From an uncultured Elusimicrobiales bacterium (GTDB taxonomy: Bacteria > Elusimicrobiota > Elusimicrobia > Elusimicrobiales > CAZFMJ01), in assembly GCA_964520045.1 (NCBI GenBank), contig CAZFMJ010000007.1, forward strand, positions 1 to 58,928: a stretch of 58,928 nucleotides of DNA, in the 5' to 3' direction. Below are positions 35,823-43,666 of the stretch, one piece after another. The notes under the pieces are model-generated. The model saw only the letters and a list, made by a program, of their open reading frames with translations. It had not been told where the DNA came from and did not search any database. Positions within the stretch are counted from its first letter, which is position 1. Each line of letters opens with the position of its first letter. The translations under genes and the position numbers were made by a program.

Positions 35823-36821
35823 TTAATTTTCCGGGGCCGTAAAAAAAGAAGGAAGTTTTAATTTCCATTTGCATCTTCGGACGCCGGTATCGCCCATATA
35901 ATGCGTGTCGCCGTCCGGAATATGTATCTCTTCGGTCACAAGTTTTTCGCACCGGCGACTATTCCGTTCTTGTTTACGGATACATGAATTGTATGAGTAT
36001 TTCCGCCATCGCAGATATAGTTTGTCAAATAAGCCTGCCGGCGGTATGCTGAATCCTTTGTCGTCGCACTCTCCCATGCATCCGGCGTAGGCTTCGTTCC
36101 ATTTAAAAACTTTATCCTTTGTGCCGATCCACCGTTCCCCGATTTCACTGCAATCGGAGGCAGGCAGAGGTGTTTTCGCATATTTTTTAATCTCAAATCG
36201 TTTTCCTTCGCTTTCGCCTGTCAGATCGCAGTAATCTATTCGTTGAGACGGTGAAATGTGTCCGATACCGGATACGGTACAGCCATAATTGGGGCATGTG
36301 CGTGATGATGAAAAAATAAGCTCCGGGGTGTAAGTCCCGGGCTTTTTTAATAATTCATCAAGCCACGGTTCCTGCATGTATTCCCGCGATCTTTTTATTC
36401 TTTCGGCATTAATTAGCGTGGCAATTTCTGTTTTGACGTCTATTAATTCCTTTAATTCCTTCATGCGTTCCATCGAGTTCGGCGCTGGTCTATTTTTTAA
36501 AGCGCGAGCCTTCTTTTGTTTAAGGGATTTCATGAGTTCCGCTTCCAGCGCCGCTTCTTCTTGCTTTTTATCATTATTCCATTTCTGCCATGCTTTATTT
36601 GCAAGCGCGTCGGAGACGGTATAGCCGTAGCAGTTGATGGTGAATTTTAGAGGCTTGTCATATGGTTTCCCGTCTTTTTCAAAATAAATATCGATGATCG
36701 GGGACGGCATAACTATCCCGCATTGCAATACGTCGGAAAAACACAACAGAATCAGGAGGCAGTGGAGAGTAGGAAAACAAGCGGATAATATCTTAAAAGA
36801 TAATACGGAAAAAATTTTCAT
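35823..36821 (-). CDS. Hypothetical Cys-rich secreted protein, inserted in the xyl operon
   Basis: 332-aa ORF with a hydrophobic N-terminus, a central K/E-rich helix and a Cys-rich C-terminal half. Bounded by perfect 35-bp direct repeats (35785-35819 and 36832-36866). Confidence 0.6.
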   Translation of the reverse strand: MKIFSVLSFKILSACFPTLHCLLILLCFSDVLQCGIVMPSPIIDIYFEKDGKPYDKPLKFTINCYGYTVSDALANKAWQKWNNDKKQEEAALEAELMKSLKQKKARALKNRPAPNSMERMKELKELIDVKTEIATLINAERIKRSREYMQEPWLDELLKKPGTYTPELIFSSSRTCPNYGCTVSGIGHISPSQRIDYCDLTGESEGKRFEIKKYAKTPLPASDCSEIGERWIGTKDKVFKWNEAYAGCMGECDDKGFSIPPAGLFDKLYLRWRKYSYNSCIRKQERNSRRCEKLVTEEIHIPDGDTHYMGDTGVRRCKWKLKLPSFFTAPEN

Positions 36822-36824
36822 ATT

Positions 36825-38030
36825 CTATCCCTTTGTGTTTCTTGAATCAACCCATACGGCCGATAAAAGCACGAGGCCTTTTATGATCTGCTGCCAGAAG
36901 ATCTGCACGTTCATAAGGCTCATTCCGTTGTCAAGGCTGGCCATGACAAGAGCGCCTATCAGCGCCCCTGTTATGCTTCCGCGCCCTCCGGAAAGACTGC
37001 ATCCGCCTATGACGCAGGCCGCTATTGCGCTTAACTCAAACATGCTTCCGGCGTTGGCGGTGGCCGCGTCCAGACGGGCGGTAAGCACGATGCCTCCGGC
37101 GGCGGAAAGCGCTCCCATTATCGCGAAATTCCACAAAAGAATTTTGGGTATGTCGATCCCCGATAACCGCGCCGCCTCTTTGTTCCCGCCTATGGCATAG
37201 ATGTACCTGCCGAAAGTGGTGTTGTTGGAAAGAAATATCATTAGAGCCGATACGGCAAGCAGAATGATAACGGGGGCCGGTATCCCGCAGTATTTGTTCA
37301 TGACCGCCGTAAATATTATTATCCCAAGCGCCGATGAAGAGACCGCAAGGCCGAAAGTCCATAGAGGTCCGGCAGGCAGGCCGTAGGATATGGTTTTCCT
37401 TCTTTTGTTCCACATCAAAAAGGCGCATAAAACGGATGCGGTCAAAGATATTGCCCATCCCGCGGACGCCGGCACATAGGCTTGTCCAATGTCCCTGAAA
37501 AAGGTTTCCATAGGGCTTATCGTTATGCCGTCCGTTATTCCGAGTATGGCGCCCCTGAAAATAAGCATTCCGGCAAGCGTGACGATAAACGAGGGGACAT
37601 TCTGATATGCGGTCCAAAAACCCTGAAACAGCCCTATCAGCGCGCCCAGCAGAAGGGCTGAGAGTATCGCGGCAATGGAGATATAAAAGCTTATTTCGGA
37701 GACCTGTGAATCAGGGAAGCGCGCAAAAAGCCACGGCCCCAGCCATTTTACCTGCATCATGGCCGCGACCGCTCCGGTAAGCCCCGCGATAGAGCCGACC
37801 GAGAGGTCTATATGGCCGGAGATTATTATGAAAACCATGCCTACGGCCAAAAAGGATATCACCGCCGTCTGCCTGAAAAGGTTGGAAAGGTTCCGGGCCT
37901 CAAAAAATATGCCGTCCGTCACGGCGGAAAAGAAAATCCATATCGCAAGCAGGGCGAAGATCATTGTAAACGACCGCAGATGTGATTTTATAAAGTTCAT
38001 ATATTTATCCTCATCAGAAGAAGTCACCAA
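36825..38030 (-). CDS. xylH: Sugar (xylose-type) ABC transporter permease
   Basis: 401-aa polytopic protein with YAIGGNKEAARLSGI, the characteristic motif of XylH/RbsC-type permeases. Confidence 0.85.
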   Translation of the reverse strand: MVTSSDEDKYMNFIKSHLRSFTMIFALLAIWIFFSAVTDGIFFEARNLSNLFRQTAVISFLAVGMVFIIISGHIDLSVGSIAGLTGAVAAMMQVKWLGPWLFARFPDSQVSEISFYISIAAILSALLLGALIGLFQGFWTAYQNVPSFIVTLAGMLIFRGAILGITDGITISPMETFFRDIGQAYVPASAGWAISLTASVLCAFLMWNKRRKTISYGLPAGPLWTFGLAVSSSALGIIIFTAVMNKYCGIPAPVIILLAVSALMIFLSNNTTFGRYIYAIGGNKEAARLSGIDIPKILLWNFAIMGALSAAGGIVLTARLDAATANAGSMFELSAIAACVIGGCSLSGGRGSITGALIGALVMASLDNGMSLMNVQIFWQQIIKGLVLLSAVWVDSRNTKG

Positions 38031-38235
38031 ATCACCGGTTGCCAGCCGCCCAGTTTCCCAGCGACCCAGACACCCAGCAGCCCAGTCACCCGGTTTCCCA
38101 GCCGCTCAGCGACCCAGACACCCAGTCACCCAGCAACCCTTAATCTTGTCTTTAATTCTTCGTGCCTTAGTGTCTTCGTGTGAGTATTGTTTTTTTCCGT
38201 CTACCCTCTTCACAGCTGTCCAGCCTTCTTTCCTT
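38021..38235. repeat. Octamer-period array (CCCAGNNN / GTCACCC) inside the xylG-xylH spacer
   Basis: GTCACCAAATCACCGGTTGCCAGCCGCCCAGTTTCCCAGCGACCCAGACACCCAGCAGCCCAGTCACCCGGTTTCCCAGCCGCTCAGCGACCCAGACACCCAGTCACCCAGC. It contains an internal ~42-nt duplication. CCGTCTACCC..GCTGTCCAGCC follows at 38198-38228. Confidence 0.85.
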
Positions 38236-38331
38236 TCTTCTGTTGCCCCTTTTGCTTCCGGTGCGGTTTCGGCTTCCTGCCTCAACCACTTCCTCGCATT
38301 TGACCGCAAATGCTTCGGTCGCTTCTTTTGC

Positions 38332-39867
38332 TTATATTGCTTCCGTTGCTGTAGTTATTCCTGTCGCAAGCCTCATGATTTTTTCCTCAGTCGCGTCTTT
38401 TGCCTCAAGCCTGCCCGCTATTTTGCCTTCGTGCATTACAAGGATATTATGGGATAGGCCGAGGATTTCCGGCAGTTCTGATGAGATAAGAATTACGCCG
38501 AGTCCGTCTTTTATGAGTTCATTGATAAGAGTATATATCTCAAATTTTGCGCCGACGTCTATTCCGCGCGTCGGTTCGTCCAGAATAAGTATTTTGGGCT
38601 CCGTGTTGAGCCATTTTGAAAGCGCCACTTTCTGCTGGTTGCCTCCGCTCAGCGTATCAACGGCGCAGTCGAGACACGGCGCTTTCACCCGCACCTTTGA
38701 AAAAAGCCCGCCTGCGCGCTTGACCTCCGTGAATTTATCAATTACGCCTCTTTTTGCAAGCCTTCTGAGGCGTGCCATTGAAATATTATGAAGTATGGAG
38801 TGAGAAGTCACAAGCCCGCTTCCCTTCCTGTCTTCGGTAAGCAGAGCCATTCCCATGCTTATGGCGTCCCTGCAGTTTCTTATATGCGCTTTTACGCCGT
38901 CTATATATATGCTGCCGGAGCGGTTTATTCCATAAGCTCCGAAAACGGCCGTGGCAAGCTCCGTCCTGCCTGAGCCCATGAGTCCGGCAATTCCCAATAT
39001 CTCGCCTTTCCTTACGGAGAAGCTCGCGCCGTCTACCGCTTTTTTACCCGGCGCATCGGGATAATCGCATGAAAAATTTTCAACCCTGAGTATTTCTACT
39101 CCGGAGCCGGAATTTTCAATTTTAGGGAAGCGGTCGTTGATATCGCGCCCTACCATTCCGGATATTATCCAGTTTTCGTTTATGGTTTTTGTCTCCCGGC
39201 AGGCGACAGTTTTTCCGTCACGTATAACGGTGACCGAATCCGTGATCTCCATTAATTCGTCGAGTTTATGAGAAATGTATATGCACGACACTCCCAACTC
39301 CCTGAGAGAACGCAGGATGGACATGAGGATTTTAATCTCATTGTCCGTAAGGGCGGAAGTGGGCTCGTCCAAAATAAGGATATCGGCTTTTCCGGAAAGG
39401 GCCTTGGCGATTTCAACCATCTGCTGCTGGCCGACGCCGAGATTGCGGATTTTTTCGTAGATATCAAGCTTAAGGCCGTATTTATCCAGAATTTTGCGTG
39501 CTTTTGAATAAAGCTCGTGCCAATCTATGACATATTTGATTTTTTTCTGAGGTTCGCTTCCGATAAATATATTTTCCGCCACTGTTAATTCGGGAGCCAG
39601 CGCCAATTCCTGATGGATTATCCGTATCCCGGAATTCTGCGCGTCCTTGACGGAATGAAACTTCTGTATGCGGTCTTTGTATAGTATGTCGCCCTCATAA
39701 TCGCCGTGAGGATATATTCCGCTGAGGATTTTCATCAGGGTGGATTTGCCCGCGCCGTTTTCACCGCAGAGTCCGTGAATACTGCCCGCCGCAAGCGAAA
39801 AATCCACTCCGTCAAGGGCTTTCACTCCGCCGAACGATTTTTTTATGTTTTTAAGCTCAAGAAGCAT
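38332..39867 (-). CDS. xylG: Sugar ABC transporter ATP-binding protein (two ABC domains)
   Basis: Walker A motifs GENGAGKST and GLMGSGRTE. Signature LSGGNQQKV. 511 aa. Confidence 0.9.
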   Translation of the reverse strand: MLLELKNIKKSFGGVKALDGVDFSLAAGSIHGLCGENGAGKSTLMKILSGIYPHGDYEGDILYKDRIQKFHSVKDAQNSGIRIIHQELALAPELTVAENIFIGSEPQKKIKYVIDWHELYSKARKILDKYGLKLDIYEKIRNLGVGQQQMVEIAKALSGKADILILDEPTSALTDNEIKILMSILRSLRELGVSCIYISHKLDELMEITDSVTVIRDGKTVACRETKTINENWIISGMVGRDINDRFPKIENSGSGVEILRVENFSCDYPDAPGKKAVDGASFSVRKGEILGIAGLMGSGRTELATAVFGAYGINRSGSIYIDGVKAHIRNCRDAISMGMALLTEDRKGSGLVTSHSILHNISMARLRRLAKRGVIDKFTEVKRAGGLFSKVRVKAPCLDCAVDTLSGGNQQKVALSKWLNTEPKILILDEPTRGIDVGAKFEIYTLINELIKDGLGVILISSELPEILGLSHNILVMHEGKIAGRLEAKDATEEKIMRLATGITTATEAI

Positions 39868-39898
39868 ATGAGGTGATTACTATGGCGTTTACACGCGG

Positions 39899-40101
39899 CA
39901 AACGGTAGACGGTAAACGGTAGATGGTAAAACAAAAACTGATATCAATTTTCTTGTGTTTGTTTTGTCCACTATTTACCATTTACCTCTTTCAGTCTAGC
40001 GTCTCCCAGTTTGCCTTTAGCAATTTAGCCGTCAAGCTGTCCCGCTGTCTAGCTGCCCAGCAGCCGCTTTTCTTCCGTCTACCGTTTACCTTCTACCGTC
40101 T
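39899..40101. repeat. Composite heptamer/octamer unit filling the xylF-xylG spacer
   Basis: CAAACGGTAGACGGTAAACGGTAGATGGTAAAAC ... core ... TTTACCATTTACC...GCTGTCCCGCTGTCTAGCTGCCCAGCAGCC...CCGTCTACCGTTTACCTTCTACCGTCTTAC. Confidence 0.85.
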
Positions 40102-41120
40102 TACTTCTTCATCTGCCTATAAACATCCTCTTTTTTGTGAAATCCGCTCTGCACTATGACTTTATCCAGATTGGCTTTTGTCACGGGCGTTACATCCAGA
40201 AGGATGGCGTCCACTCCGTCCACTTTAGATTTTGCCTTGGCCGGTTTTTTCCCGTTTGCGAGTTCTATGGCCGCTTTTACCGCTTCTTTTATGAGGATGC
40301 GGATATCTTTTAAAATAGTCACGGCCTGAGTGCCTTCGGCCACGCGCTGGACGGCGGCTATTTCTGCGTCCTGTCCTGAGACGGGCACTTTCCCGGCCAG
40401 TTTCTGCGCCGCAAGCGCTTGTATGGCTCCTCCCGCGGTGCCGTCATTTGAAGCCAGAACAGCGTCTATTTTGTTCTGGTTTTTAGTAAGAGCGTTTTCC
40501 GTGTGTTTTAAGGCTTCCTGCGGGCTCCAGCCTTCGCACCACTGTTCCGCGATCAGTTTTATTTTACCTTTGTTGATAAGAGGCTGAAGTATGTTCATAT
40601 GGCCTTTGCGAACCAGATGCGCATTGTCGTCCGCCGGGTGTCCCCCGAGCCAGAGATAATTGCCCTGGGGTTTAAGGGCGGTTACCGCTTTTGCCTGCGC
40701 TTCCCCGACTTTTACGCTGTCAAAGGAGATATAAAGCGACACGTCTTTGCTTGGTATGAATCTGTCGTAAGCTATTACCGGAATTTTTTCCGCTTTTGCC
40801 GCGGTTACCGCTGGTATCACGGAATTTCTGTTCTGCGGGATAATTATGATTACATCGGCTTTCTGCGTTATGAGGTTTTCTATCTGCTGGTTCTGCACGC
40901 TTTCGTCGCCGTTTGCCACCTGTATTATCAGGTCGGCGTTCTGTTCTTTCGCGGTCTGCTCGAAAATCTTTTTTTCGCGCGACCATCTCTCCTCCTGAAG
41001 CGTGGCGAACGAGACTCCTATCTTCACCTTGTTTTCGGCCGCATATACCGTGCTAACCGATGACGCAAAAATATATATCGCCATTGCAAACAGCAATATT
41101 GCATTTATCATTCTTTTCAT
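40101..41120 (-). CDS. xylF: Periplasmic sugar (xylose-type) binding protein
   Basis: Signal peptide, then KIGVSFATLQEERW and the PBP type I organisation. First gene of the minus-strand operon. Confidence 0.85.
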   Translation of the reverse strand: MKRMINAILLFAMAIYIFASSVSTVYAAENKVKIGVSFATLQEERWSREKKIFEQTAKEQNADLIIQVANGDESVQNQQIENLITQKADVIIIIPQNRNSVIPAVTAAKAEKIPVIAYDRFIPSKDVSLYISFDSVKVGEAQAKAVTALKPQGNYLWLGGHPADDNAHLVRKGHMNILQPLINKGKIKLIAEQWCEGWSPQEALKHTENALTKNQNKIDAVLASNDGTAGGAIQALAAQKLAGKVPVSGQDAEIAAVQRVAEGTQAVTILKDIRILIKEAVKAAIELANGKKPAKAKSKVDGVDAILLDVTPVTKANLDKVIVQSGFHKKEDVYRQMKK

Positions 41121-41279
41121 TTTTTTCCTCCATGGGTTATCCCAGCAGGAAAATAATACTATTTTTTATTCATAGCAAGAAGGCCCAGCGCGCATATGGG
41201 GCCTTTGGGACAATCAGAGTGGGTCTTTAGCCGCTTTTCAAACATGTTTATGTCATGTAGAATACTAGTGAGAGGAAAT

Positions 41280-41462
41280 ATGACAACTACTGAAGATAAA
41301 TATTGCAGGCTCGGCAGGGAAGCGCTGAATTCGTTTTTGGCGCATGCCCCGCGCTCGTTTATATTCAGCAAGGCGGTTTTGCACAAACGCGTATGCCGGA
41401 TTTGCCGGGTTGACGGGCCTGATAATAATTCAAAATATATTTTAAGGTCGCGGACCAATTAA
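41280..41462 (+). CDS. Possible small protein (60 aa), unknown function
   Basis: ATG at 41280 is preceded by GAGAGG and a TAGAAT -10-like hexamer. A hairpin plus T-run follows at 41497-41533. No homology recognised. Confidence 0.25.
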   Translation: MTTTEDKYCRLGREALNSFLAHAPRSFIFSKAVLHKRVCRICRVDGPDNNSKYILRSRTN

Positions 41463-41496
41463 ATTTCCGCGGTTTTAAAAAAGAGACGGCTTATAT

Positions 41497-41533
41497 CCGC
41501 CGCGCATTTTTTTTTCTGCGCCGGCGGTTTTTT
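41497..41533 (+). terminator. Possible terminator after the small ORF
   Basis: CCGCCGCGCA-TTTTTTTTTC-TGCGCCGGCGG (one bulge), then TTTTTTA. Confidence 0.45.
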
Positions 41534-41587
41534 ATTTACTAAAATCAAAATAAGGCCAAAAATAAAAGAAAACCACTGAGACGCGGT

Positions 41588-41656
41588 CCCAGTCCTTCCT
41601 TAAAGGCGATGAGAATGGGGCAGTCCAAACTCATTGTCTGTGAGGAAGGTTTGGAC
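41588..41656 (+). repeat. REP-like element, copy 9
   Basis: CCCAGTCCTTCCTTAAAGGCGATGAGAATGGGGCAGTCCAAACTCATTGTCTGTGAGGAAGGTTTGGAC. Confidence 0.8.
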
Positions 41657-41729
41657 GGAAGCCGGGAAACACGGAAAAATGAGTTGGAATTAAAAGAATT
41701 TTGCAACTACTCAACGGCAGTAATATATG

Positions 41730-41922
41730 GAACGCGGATAATTACAAACATCTGGAAAAAAGTCGAAGACTAACCGCAAAGAACGCAAAGAGCACGGAGT
41801 GAGTCTGCCGGAGATAACGGAAAACAAATTTTCCAGCCAAGTCATTGGTATGGATATGAGGCATAGTTAATGGTTTGCAATCTTTGCGTTCTTAGCGTAC
41901 ATTCTTTGCGTCCTTTGCGGTT
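41730..41922 (+). mobile_element. Miniature GxxExxY cassette, copy D
   Basis: GAACGCGGATAATTACAAACATCTGGAAAAAAGTCGAAGACTAACCGCAAAGAACGCAAAG... then a remnant ...CCAGCCAAGTCATTGGTATGGATATGAGGCATAGTTAATGGTTTGCAATCTTTGCGTTCTTAGCG. The deletion junction is the same as in copy B. Confidence 0.6.
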
Positions 41923-42002
41923 TGGTTTGTTTATTGAGGCTGGGAGTTTTGGCGTTTCCGTGGTCAATGTTTGATAATGCAGATAAAAAAGCAGGAGGGA
42001 AA

Positions 42003-43604
42003 ATGAAATTTATAAAAATATTGATATTTTTCGCTTTTTTGCCGGCCGGCTTGGGATTGTGCCAGACGGACGCGGTTTTAAACAACCATAAAGTGGTTCT
42101 GGATGCGCAAAAAAAAATACTGCCATGGGTTGTTCCTCAGGACAGGGCTTTTGATAAAGTCATCCGGCTTGCATGGAATTTTCTGCTTAAAAAAACGCTT
42201 GTGGAATCCAACGGGCTTAAGAGCTATTTTACCCACTGCTGTGTCGACCAGAAGACATTTATGGGCACAGAATGGCCTCATAATCCAGCCGGGCTTTACG
42301 CCATGTTTACGGATTCCGCTCTGGCGTATTACGCCTATTCGGGGGATATCTCTGTCATAAATCTTGCGCGGGAAACGCTGGACTACCAGCTCAAGCACGG
42401 AACAACGCCCTCGGACTGGGAATGGGCGAAAGTCCCTTATTCAAGCAGTCATTACGGCGACAAGGAATACCGCGGGGGCTATGATTTTCTTTATGATCCG
42501 AAACTGCCGGGAAGAGGGGACGGATACGGAGTAGTTGAGCCTGATAAAATAGGCGAACTTGGGTTTGGGTATTTGAAGTTTTATGAGTTTAGCGGCGAGC
42601 CGAAATATAAAAAAGCCGCCATAGCCTGCGCGGACGCTCTTGCGAAACATATAAGAAAAGGCGATAAGATAAAATCTCCGTGGCCTTTCAGGGTTTACGC
42701 CGAGACCGGAAGGATAAGGGAGGAATACACTTCCAATGTTTTGGGTCCGGTAAAACTGCTGGACGAGCTTATGCGCCTTAAAATAGGAGACGCGGTTTTA
42801 TATAAAAAAACGCGGGATGCGGCATGGGCGTGGCTAATGGAATATCCCATGAAGAATAATCTGTGGTCGGCATATTTTGAGGACGTTGTCGTATATGAAA
42901 AGCCGGAAAATTTCAACCAGATAACGCCGCTTGAGACGATCAGATATATAATGGAGCATCCGGAATATGACCCCGACTGGGAAAAACACGTCCCCGCCGT
43001 TATTAAATGGGTGGAGAAGATATTTGCGGGGGATACGGATAAGGAAAAAGGGGCGCAGTGGGGCGCAAACGCCATATCCGAGCAGATCCACTACATGTAT
43101 AAAATGGGAAGCCACACCGCAAGATATGCGTCCGTAAACGTCTTGTGGCATGAAAAAAACGGCGATGAGACGGCCAAAGAAAAGGCATTCAGGTCCTTTG
43201 CCTGGGCGACCTATTCATGTAAAGAAAACGGCATAGTGAATCTTGGTCCCGTGGAACAGCAGGTCTGGTTTTCGGACGGATACGGCGATTATGTTAAACA
43301 TTTTCTGGCCGGCATGGCTTCCGCTCCGGAATGGTCTCCCTCCGGCGAAAATCATCTTTTGCGCTCGTCTTCGGTAATCACTAAAGTGACTTACATATCC
43401 GGCGGAATAAGCTATGAAACATTTTACGCGGATTCTGAGGAAATTCTGCGCGTTAATTTCAAGCCCGCCGTAGTCACAGCCGGAAACAAGGGCCTTGAAA
43501 AGCGCAATGATACGGAAAAACCCGGCTGGGTTTACGACGAAAAAAGCGGAGTTCTTAAAATAAGGCACGCCGGAGCCAAAAATATAAAAATTACGGCGGG
43601 ATAA
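42003..43604 (+). CDS. Hypothetical secreted protein; possibly an (alpha/alpha)-toroid glycoside-hydrolase-like fold
   Basis: The track ORF 41922-43604 begins inside a repeat. I prefer ATG at 42003, after AGGAGGG, which gives the signal peptide MKFIKILIFFAFLPAGLGLC. The fold guess is from composition only. Confidence 0.55.
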   Translation: MKFIKILIFFAFLPAGLGLCQTDAVLNNHKVVLDAQKKILPWVVPQDRAFDKVIRLAWNFLLKKTLVESNGLKSYFTHCCVDQKTFMGTEWPHNPAGLYAMFTDSALAYYAYSGDISVINLARETLDYQLKHGTTPSDWEWAKVPYSSSHYGDKEYRGGYDFLYDPKLPGRGDGYGVVEPDKIGELGFGYLKFYEFSGEPKYKKAAIACADALAKHIRKGDKIKSPWPFRVYAETGRIREEYTSNVLGPVKLLDELMRLKIGDAVLYKKTRDAAWAWLMEYPMKNNLWSAYFEDVVVYEKPENFNQITPLETIRYIMEHPEYDPDWEKHVPAVIKWVEKIFAGDTDKEKGAQWGANAISEQIHYMYKMGSHTARYASVNVLWHEKNGDETAKEKAFRSFAWATYSCKENGIVNLGPVEQQVWFSDGYGDYVKHFLAGMASAPEWSPSGENHLLRSSSVITKVTYISGGISYETFYADSEEILRVNFKPAVVTAGNKGLEKRNDTEKPGWVYDEKSGVLKIRHAGAKNIKITAG

Positions 43605-43666
43605 ATTTCTTTTTATCTTTATTTTTTGTATTCTTGAGACACTACACTACGAAAAGGGGCGAAAAT

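Noticed and set aside
38021-38139. Could the short-period arrays be CRISPR arrays?
   Set aside because: The periods are 7-8 nt with no unique spacers and no repeats of 24-48 nt. There are no cas genes in the window.
37759-38791. ORFs 37759-38457(+) and 38180-38791(+), and other ORFs reading through repeat blocks: 46009-46464(-), 52334-52534(-), 52823-53155(-), 53930-54175(-), 4621-4818(-), 23308-23529(-), 21189-21551(-).
   Set aside because: They are translations of the octamer, heptamer, REP or CGCAAAG repeats, or antisense to xylG and xylH. The inverted repeat arms are stop-free, which generates spurious ORFs.
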